Shown here one piece after another: positions 21,130 to 31,310 of a stretch of 64,000 nucleotides of DNA. Within the stretch, counting starts at the first letter, position 1; every line of letters starts with the position of its first letter. The notes beneath the pieces are model-generated. The model was given only the letters and a program-made list of their open reading frames with translations, did not search any database and had not been told where the DNA came from. A program made the position numbers and the translations under genes. This stretch comes from Tolypothrix carrinoi HA7290-LM1 (GTDB lineage: Bacteria > Cyanobacteriota > Cyanobacteriia > Cyanobacteriales > Nostocaceae): contig JAHHIK010000004.1 of assembly GCA_019358935.1 (NCBI GenBank), positions 32,001 to 96,000 of the forward strand, given 5' to 3'.

Positions 21130-21459
21130 CTACTGGCTTATTATTGATGCCATAAGTTGATTCACCATCACCGCCAAGGTCAGCACACCGAAAAACAGCA
21201 TCAATCCCGCTGGCATAAACTTGCGTGTTTTAGCCAGTCGCAATGCAAACACAACTACTAAAACAGCAGTGACTAAAGCTGCTAAAATCAAACCCCAGAT
21301 TATACCTTGAAATTGGAGGTAAGCGGCAAAAAGTAATAATACACCACTAATGCAGCCACTGAGGAGCGAAACATTGCTAGTAGAGAGAATGTAACCAATG
21401 ATGCCACCGACCAACGCTAAAAACCCGTAGCCAAGAGAGGCGATAATACCTAAATTCAT
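21130..21459 (-). CDS. TMEM14-family small membrane protein
   Basis: YGFLALVGGIIGY...SLLSG...KTRKFMPAGL pattern. Confidence 0.8.
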   Translation of the reverse strand: MNLGIIASLGYGFLALVGGIIGYILSTSNVSLLSGCISGVLLLFAAYLQFQGIIWGLILAALVTAVLVVVFALRLAKTRKFMPAGLMLFFGVLTLAVMVNQLMASIISQ

Positions 21460-21562
21460 TGTTAAAACCTATGTAGATTTTGATGTGTGCTGCAAACCTC
21501 GGCAGACAATTTACCATAGCTGTTTAGCTACCGAAACCTGTTAACTGATGGATAATTAAGCA

Positions 21563-22897
21563 ATGTCCACGGCAAGTAATTCGTTCCAGACAAAGGTTCA
21601 GTTCCTCCAGCGTCAAGCAGCATCTCTATTAATCTACCAATCCGTCCTCCAAGGCGAAGTCAGTAGAGCCTTTATGGATTTGTTGCAAAGTATACGATAT
21701 GCCGAAGCTGATGCACGCAGTTGTCTTCAAGCTTACGGCAACTACTTTAAGTGCTTGGCTGCTAGAAATCAAAACTGGGAGGACTATTTAATTACGCAAA
21801 TTCTCAGAGATGAGAATCCATTTTCTCAGCTTGCAGGGCAGCGAGAATTTGAGAATTTGCCTCCAGCTTTAATTGCAGCGACTCAGCATGATTTACAAGC
21901 GTTGCAAAGTCTTTATGAATGTAGTAGCGCGTTTTTGAGCGAATGGGTACAAGCTGTGGCAAATCTAGCTGTTTCACCAGTAGTCTGGTATGACGAGGAA
22001 CTTGCAGCGGTAGAAGAAACGAACGAATCGCTGCTAATAGCGAAACTGCACCATATGGAAGATTGGGCTGATGCAGTAGAAGATGTAGCTGCTTATTATC
22101 GGCAATTTGGTACGGGTTTATTTGCCGAATATAGTGCATTGCGCTATTGCGACGGACAATTTATTGGCATTGCACATGCCGATCCGGTAAAGTTAAGCGA
22201 ATTAGTGGGTTATGAGTCTCAGCGAGACGCTTTATTAAAAAATACAGAATTTTTGCTAGCAGGAGAGGTAGCGCAGCACGTATTACTTTACGGTAGTCGC
22301 GGTTCGGGGAAATCTTCTCTAGTGAAAGCTTTGTTGAATGAGTACGGCAAGCATCACCTGCGCTTGCTGGAAGTAGCAAAATCAGATTTGAAACACTTAC
22401 CACAAATTGTGGAACAGTTGCGCTCTGTGCCACATAAATTTATTATTTTTGTCGATGACCTTTCGTTTGAGGAAGATGACGACGCTTTTAAAGCGCTGAA
22501 AGTAGTATTAGAGGGGAATTTAACTGCGCGATCGCAAAACGTAGTCGTGTATGCTACTTCTAATCGTCGGCACTTAATTCGCGAGTTTTTTGGTGATAGA
22601 CCTGCTCCTAAGGATAATGATGAAATCCATGCTTGGGATACGATGCAGGAGAAGCTTTCGTTTAGCGATCGCTTTGGTCTAACTTTAACCTTCGAGCCTG
22701 CCGATCAGAAAACCTATTTAAACATTGTCCGACATTTAGCCACACAAGCGGCAATTAGCATTGACTCAGAAGATTTAGAATATCAAGCTTTGCAATGGGC
22801 AACTCGTCACAACGGTCGATCTGGAAGAACAGCACGACAGTTTGTTGATTTTTTGAAAGCAGATTTGGCACTTTCAGCTTCAAACGACCAAACATAA
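21563..22897 (+). CDS. DUF815-family AAA+ ATPase
   Basis: GSRGSGKSS, FIIFVDDLSFE, YATSNRRHL, SDRFGL, GRSGRTA. Confidence 0.88.
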   Translation: MSTASNSFQTKVQFLQRQAASLLIYQSVLQGEVSRAFMDLLQSIRYAEADARSCLQAYGNYFKCLAARNQNWEDYLITQILRDENPFSQLAGQREFENLPPALIAATQHDLQALQSLYECSSAFLSEWVQAVANLAVSPVVWYDEELAAVEETNESLLIAKLHHMEDWADAVEDVAAYYRQFGTGLFAEYSALRYCDGQFIGIAHADPVKLSELVGYESQRDALLKNTEFLLAGEVAQHVLLYGSRGSGKSSLVKALLNEYGKHHLRLLEVAKSDLKHLPQIVEQLRSVPHKFIIFVDDLSFEEDDDAFKALKVVLEGNLTARSQNVVVYATSNRRHLIREFFGDRPAPKDNDEIHAWDTMQEKLSFSDRFGLTLTFEPADQKTYLNIVRHLATQAAISIDSEDLEYQALQWATRHNGRSGRTARQFVDFLKADLALSASNDQT

Positions 22898-23027
22898 GTA
22901 GCTTACATAAACTGCGTACAGTAGGACGCATTAAATTTCTTCTTCCCCTTTCCCCTTTCCCCTTTCCCCTTTCCCCTTCCCCAGAAATACCTACTCTGAA
23001 AAATTGACTAAACTAAAAACAAGCAAT

Positions 23028-24302
23028 ATGCAATCAGCAATGGTAAGTAATCGATTTTTGCTTTTAGGTATAGTTGCCTTTAGTGTGAGTTTTGGTCTAA
23101 GCCTCGTCCCAACTTGGGATTTTAGTAAAGCCTTTCTCACAGGTGCAATTACTGTAATAGCTAGTTATGCAGCAGCATTATTTGTCGATAACATCCGCAG
23201 AAATCATGAAATGCTCGTTTTGGGTTCTCTCCACAAGCGAATAAAAGAGCTTGAGGGCTTGAAGTCTCGTCTTGTCAGAGAAATCAACCAAATTGAAGAG
23301 CATCGCGCCTTATTATATACAGAGTCAAACCAACTGCAAAATCAAGTATCAGAACGCCGCAACCAAAGAGACAGTTTAAATCGAGAATTAGGCAGTTTTG
23401 TCGGACAGAAAAAACAGTTAGAAGTAGAAATAAACTTACTTAAAACAGAGCTTACTAAGCTGGACAAAAGTAAAGCCGAGCTAAATAATTCATTTTCGGC
23501 TCTCACAGCAGAAAAACGCCGTCTAGAATTAAATTCCAACGTATCGCGAGCGGAAATAACTAAACTACAAACTGAAATTAGCGAACTCCAACAACAAAAG
23601 CAAGACGCTGAAAGCAATTTAACTTTGCTAGACAGACTCAAACCTCAACTAGAAGAAAGACTCTACGAATTGCGAGTTGAACTGCAAGAACTAGAAAATC
23701 AGGTAACTCAGCACAATGAATTAATTTTCAATAAAAAATCCGAAAGAGAAAATACAGAAGCTAGCCTAAATTTATTACAAACCCAAATAACAGAACAAAA
23801 AATTGAATTAAATCACTTACAAGAGCAAATTTCCTTATTACAGCAAGAACGCGATTTGTTACAAAATCAAGTTTGGGAATTACTTCAACAATCCGAAACA
23901 TACAATCAGCAACCGTTCGCAGAAAAGGAGCATGAAGAAGATGTAGATTTATTTCCTTTTTCTGACTTAATAGATTTAGAAACAATATCTGAAAATACAT
24001 CTGATTTTCCCCAAGAATGGGCTAAATTATTAGAACAGCTACCAGCTTATGAAATACAAGTATTAAAAGCCATAGTAGAGCAAGAAAATCCCAAAGCTGC
24101 TATTAAAAAGATTGCCGAAACAAATATTACTATGCCAAATTTGTTAATTGATTCTATAAATGAACGTGCTAATGATACAATTGAAGAATTAATAATTGAC
24201 CCAAACTCGGAAACTCCAAAAATTTATCAAGAGCATATAACAAACGTAAAAAAACTGATTGCAATGTATGAATTAACAACTAGACAAGCTCCATCAAATT
24301 AA
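23028..24302 (+). CDS. Membrane-anchored coiled-coil protein with TerB C-terminal domain
   Basis: Two N-terminal hydrophobic helices, long heptad coiled coil, C-terminal MPNLLIDSINE motif; start could be TTG 23004. Confidence 0.7.
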   Translation: MQSAMVSNRFLLLGIVAFSVSFGLSLVPTWDFSKAFLTGAITVIASYAAALFVDNIRRNHEMLVLGSLHKRIKELEGLKSRLVREINQIEEHRALLYTESNQLQNQVSERRNQRDSLNRELGSFVGQKKQLEVEINLLKTELTKLDKSKAELNNSFSALTAEKRRLELNSNVSRAEITKLQTEISELQQQKQDAESNLTLLDRLKPQLEERLYELRVELQELENQVTQHNELIFNKKSERENTEASLNLLQTQITEQKIELNHLQEQISLLQQERDLLQNQVWELLQQSETYNQQPFAEKEHEEDVDLFPFSDLIDLETISENTSDFPQEWAKLLEQLPAYEIQVLKAIVEQENPKAAIKKIAETNITMPNLLIDSINERANDTIEELIIDPNSETPKIYQEHITNVKKLIAMYELTTRQAPSN

Positions 24303-24557
24303 GTTATTCTTGCCATCGTACAATTATATATAGCAGTCCTAAATAAAAGCGTGAAAGCCTCTTCCATCTCTTTCTCTGCGCTCTCTCTCTTGAAAAGGTC
24401 TGATCGGAGGAAACCTCCGCTCAGACTTTCCGCTGCTTCTCTGCGGTTCGTTCCATAAAATGATCTTCACAAATCAAAAAATTAAGGAACCACAAATAAA
24501 CACAGTTCTGTACTTGAGCCGGATGAAACCGCTAGAAAATAAAATGAGGTAAAGTAC

Positions 24558-25883
24558 ATGGCAAAACTTAAAATCTCCAAAAAAATATCTACTGCTTTAA
24601 TCAACTCTTTAAGTGCCGGAGTAGTACCAAGATTTGGACTGGAACATATAGCAGTAGGTCGAGAAAAAGAATTAAAAAGCCTATTACAAAATCTCGACGA
24701 TATTGGAGAAGGTGTAGCCGCATTTCGCTTCATAATTGGTAACTACGGTTCCGGCAAAAGCTTCATCCTGCAAATGATTCGCAACCGTGCTATGGAGCAA
24801 AATTTTGTAGTAGCTGATGCTGATTTATCTTCCGAACGACGACTTGCAGGAACAAACAACGAAGGTTTGGCAACTTATCGAGAATTAATGAGTCGTCTGG
24901 CAACAAAAACTCGTCCTGATGGTGGTGCTTTAGTCTCAATTTTAGAAGGTTGGATTAATAAAATTCAACAAGAAGTAGCTAAAGATAGCGGAATGCGTCC
25001 TAATGATGAAGGTTTTGATGATAAAGTTGAAACGAAAATTAGAGAAGTAGTTCAGTATATTGAAGACTTAGTTCACGGCTTTGATTTTGGTAGCGTCATT
25101 GTTGCTTATTGGCGCGGTTACAGGCTTGATGATGATGATTTGAAAAATGCTGCATTGCGGTGGTTGCGCGGCGAATTTAACACCAAAACTGAGGCAAAAG
25201 CTGCTTTGGGAGTGCGCGTAATTATTGATGATGATAGTTGGTATGACTATATCAAGTTAATCGCTAAATTTGTGGCGGAGATTGGCTATAAAGGACTTTT
25301 AGTTTTGCTTGATGAAGTTGTGCATATATACCAAATATCCACTACAGTTACTCGCGAAAAGAACTATAACAGACTTTTAGCAATGTTTAACGACACCATG
25401 CAATGCAAAGCAGAACATCTTGGTATTGTTGTCGGTGGAACTACAAAATTTTTAGAAGACCCAAATCGCGGACTTTTTGCTGACCCAGCTTGGCGAAGAC
25501 GCACTAAAGAAAGCCGTTTTGTTCAAGCTGGTGTTCAAGAATATTTGGGACCGGTGATGCGGCTAAATCCGTTGACGGAAGATGAAATATTAACGCTTTT
25601 GCAAGGTTTGATAGAGATTCATGCTCTTAATTTTGGTTATGATAAGGCTTTAACAAATCGCGAATTGAAGGACTTTATAAACGAAATTGTCAATCGTTTG
25701 GGTGCAGAAGCATTGTTGACTCCTGGCGAAATTGTCCGGGATTTTATTAGTGTGTTGAATATCCTGTACCAAAATCCAGAAATTTCTTTTAGTAAATTGA
25801 TTCATGGTTCGGATTTTAAGTTAACTGCTGTGGGTAAAAATACTGATGTTGATGATGACAATGCAGCAGAATTTAGTTTGTGA
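24558..25883 (+). CDS. DUF2791 (BrxD-like) P-loop ATPase
   Basis: SLSAGVVP N-terminus, Walker A GNYGSGKS, Walker B LLVLLDE, LRWLRGE. Confidence 0.85.
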   Translation: MAKLKISKKISTALINSLSAGVVPRFGLEHIAVGREKELKSLLQNLDDIGEGVAAFRFIIGNYGSGKSFILQMIRNRAMEQNFVVADADLSSERRLAGTNNEGLATYRELMSRLATKTRPDGGALVSILEGWINKIQQEVAKDSGMRPNDEGFDDKVETKIREVVQYIEDLVHGFDFGSVIVAYWRGYRLDDDDLKNAALRWLRGEFNTKTEAKAALGVRVIIDDDSWYDYIKLIAKFVAEIGYKGLLVLLDEVVHIYQISTTVTREKNYNRLLAMFNDTMQCKAEHLGIVVGGTTKFLEDPNRGLFADPAWRRRTKESRFVQAGVQEYLGPVMRLNPLTEDEILTLLQGLIEIHALNFGYDKALTNRELKDFINEIVNRLGAEALLTPGEIVRDFISVLNILYQNPEISFSKLIHGSDFKLTAVGKNTDVDDDNAAEFSL

Positions 25884-26013
25884 TCGACGAACCGCACTCT
25901 TAGGTAGAGGACGCATTGTAAGTAGATGGGCATAAACACGCATTTTGTAGTAAGGACTTCAGCCTTAAAAGCCTTGCCCTGAGTGTAAAAATCCGCGTTC
26001 CCCTATCCCGCGA

Positions 26014-27642
26014 TCAACGTTCTGGTGTCATTGACTGAGCAACTTGAAGCGCTTGATCTAGAATTTCAGAGGCTTTGTTTTTATTTGAGGATCCGAATAG
26101 AGAATTTAAGCTATTAGTAAGCACAGAAAGGATTTTTTCAATAAGTTTTTTGTTCTCTCGTTCTCTAAGCACATATTGTTCTGCGATCGCTATCAAGGCT
26201 TGAGCTTTGTAACCCTTGTCTGTAATGGATTTCGCAACCTCAAGCGCTTGGTCAAATTGCCCCTGTTTTGCAAACCCACGGGCGATAGAGGGGAATCTCC
26301 AGTCCTTATGTTGTTCAGCATCAGGGTGGGGTTCGATGGACTTAGCGATTTGCAGCGCACGGTCAGGCTGCCCTGCCTCAAGGTAAGCGAATGCCACCTC
26401 CGACAGCATGTTCTTAAGATTCCACTGTTGGACGAACTGAAACGCTTGATCGTTCTGTCCGATTTGTAGATAGTGCCTCACAATCCCTCGAAAGGTGAAG
26501 TCTGGGTTTCCAATCGATTTTGCCAGTTTAACCGCTTGGTCAGGGTATCCGGCTTTAGCATAAGCGATCGCAATTTGACCGAACGCGCGCGACCTCTCAT
26601 TGACATTTTTGATGGAGCGGGCAATTTGCTGTGCCTGCTCAAAGTCTCCTATTTCTGCGTAACCTTCAGCTACCTTAGCTAATCCATCACCGTTAATTGC
26701 CTGTGCCGCTGTTCGAGCTTCGGCTAGCGTCTCGACTGCCTTGTTCTTCTGCTTCAATGCTGCATACTGAACCGCTGTTTCAACCAGTCGGATGGGTTTC
26801 TCAATGGGAAAGCGTTTGTCTGCAAACGTTCGTATCTTTGGCAAAGCTTGATCTAAAATCTCGACCGCTCGACGTTCTTGTCCGACTTCTGCAAATTGTT
26901 TAGCAATCCGTACCATCTGGTTAACTTTCCTTACGGTATTTTTGCCCGATTGTGCCTCATCAATGGCATATGCGTTCTCAAGCGCACGCTCTAGCACTTG
27001 CGGCACTTGTTCCTTTTGTCCAGCTTGACTAAGATGTTCGGCAATTACAATCAGGGTCATGGTTTTATAGAGGGTATTAGGATTGCTTTGTGCGATCGCG
27101 ATCGCTTGGTTCAGAACTTTCGTTGCCTGCTCAGGCTCTCCGGCTTTTGCATAATGACCGGCAAGCTCTGCCAGCGTCGTAGGCGTGGACATAGGATTGT
27201 TTACTTTTGTGATGATCTCGATACCAAAGCTGTAGTACCCAGCCTCTGCGTATTTCTTAGCTCGGTTTAGCAGAGACTCATCTGGAGAAGTTGCGCTGCC
27301 GCTACAGCCAGTTGCCGTTTGAGTGTGGGCAATTTGGATGGCTTCTTTTAGAAGTTGCTTCCCCTTAGTTTCCTGTCCAGCTAGGATATAGCCTCCAGCC
27401 ACTTTCACTAAGGGGTCGGCTTTGAAGCACTTATTGGGATTCGCTTCCGCCAAAGGCAGGACTTGGTTTAAAATCTTGACAGCCTGCTCAGATTTTCCTA
27501 CCGCCGCATACTGAAATGCAATGTCAGCCAATATACCATGTTTTTGAGAGTAGGTTTCTACTGCTAGAAGTTGACCCCCTGGAAAGAATGTAGCAATTAG
27601 TGCAGTGACTAAAATATTGAACTGGATTATTTTTCGAGCCAT
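26014..27642 (-). CDS. Secreted TPR/helical-repeat protein
   Basis: Signal-peptide-like N-terminus; many A..YA.AG..EQA..IL.QA repeats. Confidence 0.75.
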   Translation of the reverse strand: MARKIIQFNILVTALIATFFPGGQLLAVETYSQKHGILADIAFQYAAVGKSEQAVKILNQVLPLAEANPNKCFKADPLVKVAGGYILAGQETKGKQLLKEAIQIAHTQTATGCSGSATSPDESLLNRAKKYAEAGYYSFGIEIITKVNNPMSTPTTLAELAGHYAKAGEPEQATKVLNQAIAIAQSNPNTLYKTMTLIVIAEHLSQAGQKEQVPQVLERALENAYAIDEAQSGKNTVRKVNQMVRIAKQFAEVGQERRAVEILDQALPKIRTFADKRFPIEKPIRLVETAVQYAALKQKNKAVETLAEARTAAQAINGDGLAKVAEGYAEIGDFEQAQQIARSIKNVNERSRAFGQIAIAYAKAGYPDQAVKLAKSIGNPDFTFRGIVRHYLQIGQNDQAFQFVQQWNLKNMLSEVAFAYLEAGQPDRALQIAKSIEPHPDAEQHKDWRFPSIARGFAKQGQFDQALEVAKSITDKGYKAQALIAIAEQYVLRERENKKLIEKILSVLTNSLNSLFGSSNKNKASEILDQALQVAQSMTPER

Positions 27643-27839
27643 GTTTTTCCCACCTCAAGTTTTTGTTGCGCGACTACCCACGGGTGGTTAGCCTTGAACC
27701 TCTTATGTCAAGGACAGAAATGTTTGGCAGATTGTACTTATTTGTTACAAAAATTCATTTAGCAGCTGGGGGTGTTGAAAAGCAAAAGAGCGATCGCCTC
27801 AGACTTAAGGATAGCGAAAATCTAAAATCCAAAATTGCT

Positions 27840-30056
27840 ATGAGCGATCGCACGTTTTCCAGACTCGCACCTTTTATCCAAGAATATATTTATCATCACA
27901 ACTGGACTGAATTACGACCAGTTCAAATTGCTGCTTGCAAAGTTATTTTTGACACTGATGCTCATTTGCTAGTTGCTGCCGGCACAGCTTCGGGGAAAAC
28001 AGAAGCTGCGTTTCTACCGATTTTAACTTTATTATATGAAAACCCGCCGGAAACTATCGGCGCATTATATATTGGTCCGATTAAGGCTTTAATTAATGAC
28101 CAATTTGCACGCCTTAATGATTTGCTAAAAGAAGCAGATATTCCAGTTTGTCACTGGCATGGGGATGTTTCGCAAAGTCGAAAAAAACAGCTTTTAAAAA
28201 ATCCTAAGGGTATTTTGCAAATTACGCCGGAATCTTTAGAAAGCTTATTAATTAATAGAAGTAATGATTTGATGCGTTTGTTCGGTGATTTACGATTTGT
28301 GATAATCGATGAAGTTCACGCTTTTATGGGTTCTGAACGCGGTTGTCAGATTCTTTGTCAGTTATCACGTTTGCAAAGTTTGACGCAAAAGCAACCACGA
28401 CGAATTGGTTTATCGGCTACTCTTGGTGATTATTCGATGGCTGAAGAATGGTTGGGTTCTGGAAGTGATAAGTTGGTGATTACTCCGGAGATTGAGGTAG
28501 GGAAAAGGCAAATTAAGTTGGCTTTGGAACATTTTTATGTTGGTGATGGGGATTTAAGAGAAACGAACCGCAGAGACGCAGGGGACGCGGAGGGAAGAGG
28601 GGAGAGAGATGGAGGTGGGTATGAGAAATATGTTTTTAATGTTAGTAAATGTCGTAAGTGTTTGATTTTTGCTAATAATAAAAGGCAAACTGAATCTATT
28701 ATTGCTTCTTTGCGAGAAATTGCTGTGAGTGAGGGATTAGTTGATATTTATCATGTGCATCATGGTAGTATATCTGCTAGTTTGCGGCAAGCGGCTGAAA
28801 ATGCGATGCGTGAGATCGATAAGCCGGCTGTGACTGCTGCAACTTTGACTTTGGAGGTGGGGGTTGATATTGGTCTTTTGGAGAGGGTTATTCAGTTAGA
28901 ATCGCCACCTTCTGTAGCTAGTTTTTTACAGCGTTTGGGACGCAGTGGTAGAAGAGGTGCTGCTGCTGATATGCGGTTTGTTTGTACTGAGGAAAAAGTA
29001 TTGGCGGAAGCTTCTTTAGAGGAACAAATTCCTTGGCAACTTTTGCAGTGTATTGCGATTATTCAACTTTATTTGGAGGAACGTTGGATTGAGCCGATTA
29101 AGCCTGTTAAATATCCTTTGAGTTTGTTATATCATCAGACAATGAGTATTTTAGCAGCTGCGGGTGAAGTTTCGCCTGCTGCGCTTGCTAAACAGGTTTT
29201 AAGTTTACCAAGTTTTGCTGCTATAGCACTCGAAGATTTTCGGCTATTGCTTCGCTATTTAATTGATATTAATCACGTTCAGCTAACTGAAGAAAATAAG
29301 TTAATTCTCGGTTTGGCTGGGGAAAAGGTGGTACGTAAATTTCAATTTTATGCTGTTTTTCCTGACAATGAGGAATATGTTGTTAAGCACGCAGCAACGG
29401 AAATTGGTAGTATTGTTATGCCTCCCCCAATCGGTAATCAATTCGCTTTGGCTGGGAAAGCTTGGGAAGTTTTAGAAGTTGATTTCAGAAAAAAGATTAT
29501 TTTGGTTAAGCAAGTTGAGGGTAAAGCTAGTATTTTCTGGCGCGGTGGTAGCGGAAATATCCACACAAGAATTTTGCAACGAATGCGGCAGGTTTTGCAA
29601 GAAGATATTGAATACAGCTATTTGCAAGAAAATGCGCTGAAGCGTTTGCAGAAAGTTCGGGAATTGGCGCGAAATTCTGGCTTAGATAAACAAAATATTC
29701 TGCTTTTAGAAAATAATAAATGTTGCATTTTTCCTTGGATGGGTACGGTTGCTTACCGCACTTTAGAAAGATTGTTAAATTATTGGTGTCGGGAATCTTT
29801 AGAAATTAAAAGTATTGGTGGTGTTAATCCTTATTTTTTGACGATTAAATTAGGTAAAGATAAATTTAGATATCTTTACGATCAAATTGTATCGTTGTGT
29901 GAACAAAGAATTACCGCCGAGGATTTATTAGCTGATGCGGAAGCACCTAAAATTCAAAAATACGATCGCTTTATTCCTCACTCAATTTTAAGGAAAGCTT
30001 TTGCAAGCGATTATCTTGATATCGAGGAACTTAAGCAGCAAGTAGCGCTTTGGTAA
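27840..30056 (+). CDS. Lhr-like SF2 DEAD/DEAH helicase
   Basis: TASGKTEAA, PIKALINDQ, TPESLE, DEVH, GLSAT, HHGS, QRLGRSGRR; ATG 27840 preferred. Confidence 0.9.
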   Translation: MSDRTFSRLAPFIQEYIYHHNWTELRPVQIAACKVIFDTDAHLLVAAGTASGKTEAAFLPILTLLYENPPETIGALYIGPIKALINDQFARLNDLLKEADIPVCHWHGDVSQSRKKQLLKNPKGILQITPESLESLLINRSNDLMRLFGDLRFVIIDEVHAFMGSERGCQILCQLSRLQSLTQKQPRRIGLSATLGDYSMAEEWLGSGSDKLVITPEIEVGKRQIKLALEHFYVGDGDLRETNRRDAGDAEGRGERDGGGYEKYVFNVSKCRKCLIFANNKRQTESIIASLREIAVSEGLVDIYHVHHGSISASLRQAAENAMREIDKPAVTAATLTLEVGVDIGLLERVIQLESPPSVASFLQRLGRSGRRGAAADMRFVCTEEKVLAEASLEEQIPWQLLQCIAIIQLYLEERWIEPIKPVKYPLSLLYHQTMSILAAAGEVSPAALAKQVLSLPSFAAIALEDFRLLLRYLIDINHVQLTEENKLILGLAGEKVVRKFQFYAVFPDNEEYVVKHAATEIGSIVMPPPIGNQFALAGKAWEVLEVDFRKKIILVKQVEGKASIFWRGGSGNIHTRILQRMRQVLQEDIEYSYLQENALKRLQKVRELARNSGLDKQNILLLENNKCCIFPWMGTVAYRTLERLLNYWCRESLEIKSIGGVNPYFLTIKLGKDKFRYLYDQIVSLCEQRITAEDLLADAEAPKIQKYDRFIPHSILRKAFASDYLDIEELKQQVALW

Positions 30057-30124
30057 TTTCCTCAATAAACCATTATACGCTAGAATAGGCTAACAGTAAT
30101 CCTACTTAAAATTTGGGGATGGCT

Positions 30125-30241
30125 ATGACATCTCTGTTAGAGCGACTAAGTGCAGAACGACAACGCCGATTTGTAGGACGTCATTTTGAACTTCAATTAT
30201 TTCTGCAAGCGATCGCCTCACCACTTTCCATTCCGCAGTAA
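30125..30241 (+). pseudogene. 38-aa remnant of an AAA_16/STAND-type NTPase N-terminus
   Basis: MTSLLERLSAERQRRFVGRHFELQLFLQAIAS...; the FVGRxxEL motif normally precedes Walker A but the frame stops first. Confidence 0.5.
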
Positions 30242-30289
30242 GGTTTAATAGTTAATTGTGGAAGTGTTGAGATTTATTAAGAGCGCATT

Positions 30290-30787
30290 ATGAAATTTTC
30301 GCGACTGCTAGTTAGCTTTGTCTTAGCTATGGTTTTGTTTGTGTTTCCCTTGTCTGCACAAGCAGCAAGTTCTTCTAGTATCACCCGTTCCGTTGGTGAT
30401 GCAGAATTCAAGGGCAAGGATTTTTCTGGTCAAAATTTAGTAGGGGTTGAGTATACCAATGTCAATCTAGAAAAAGCAAATTTTAGTAACGCTGATTTAC
30501 GCGGTGGGGTTTTTAATGGTTCGGTATTGCAAGGGGCAAATTTGCATGGTGCAGATTTTAGTGAAGGAATAGCTTATCTAGTAGACTTTAAAGGGGCTGA
30601 TTTAAGTGATGCGATTTTGACAGATGCAATGATGTTGCGTTCTAGTTTTAGTGACGTTGACATCACCGGTGCTGACTTCACCAATGCTATTCTTGATGGT
30701 ATTCAAGTGAAAAAACTCTGCGCTCAAGCAAGTGGTGTAAATTCTCAGACTGGTGTAAAAACTCGCGAGTCTCTAGGATGTAGGTAA
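30290..30787 (+). CDS. Pentapeptide repeat protein with signal peptide
   Basis: A(D/N)(L/F)xx repeats, signal peptide, C-terminal LC...TRESLGC. Confidence 0.9.
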   Translation: MKFSRLLVSFVLAMVLFVFPLSAQAASSSSITRSVGDAEFKGKDFSGQNLVGVEYTNVNLEKANFSNADLRGGVFNGSVLQGANLHGADFSEGIAYLVDFKGADLSDAILTDAMMLRSSFSDVDITGADFTNAILDGIQVKKLCAQASGVNSQTGVKTRESLGCR

Positions 30788-30811
30788 AATCTTACTCCCT
30801 GTACTCAACTC

Positions 30812-30848
30812 AATTCCCTCTCTTTGCAACCGAAGAGGGGGAATTTTT
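30812..30848 (+). terminator. Intrinsic terminator
   Basis: AATTCCCTCTCTT...AAGAGGGGGAATT followed by a T-run. Confidence 0.55.
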
Positions 30849-30883
30849 GCACTTGGAAATTGCATTTTTTGTTCAAAAGTATT

Positions 30884-30953
30884 GTAGGGGCAATTCATGA
30901 ATTGCCCCTACGTCAATTCAATGGTGACGACGAAGGAAGTGCGTAAGTCCTAA
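30884..30953. repeat. ~70-bp dispersed repeat (perfect GTAGGGGCAATTCATGAATTGCCCCTAC palindrome plus GTGCGTAAGTCCTAA tail); inverted copy at 46513-46582
   Basis: The two copies align along their full length. Confidence 0.85.
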
Positions 30954-31113
30954 TTAACAAAAAGCGATATCAGTAAAAGCGACAGCGAGCATCATTGATG
31001 CATATTGTACAGACGTTCCATCGGAACGTCTCTACAAATATGTGTGATTTTTGTAGAATTTCCTAACCCTCTCTGTTAATAAAAAACAGAGAGGGCATAG
31101 GGTGTGAGGTTCA

Positions 31114-31186
31114 TGGAGGTAAGCGGGTTCGAACCGCTGACCTCTGCAATGCCATTGCAGCGCTCTACCAACTGAGCTATACCCCC
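31114..31186 (-). tRNA. trnA: tRNA-Ala(GGC)
   Basis: Reverse complement GGGGGTATAGCTCAGTTGGTAGAGCGCTGCAATGGCATTGCAGAGGTCAGCGGTTCGAACCCGCTTACCTCCA; G3:U70 pair, anticodon GGC. Confidence 0.97.
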
Positions 31187-31310
31187 TTGTCATGCGTTTT
31201 CGATTCTATCTTAATAATTGGCGCTTTGTCAAGATTATTATGAAAAACTTTCTGACGCCAATTACTTTGACTATCTCGACTGCAACAAGTAACGGCTATG
31301 AAACACTATC

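Noticed and set aside
23004..30056. Complete BREX system
   Set aside because: No pglZ, pglX or brxC recognisable in the window; only a BrxD-like ATPase and a helicase
31114..31186. tRNA-Ala as an integration site
   Set aside because: No duplicate of its 3' end and no integrase seen in the window
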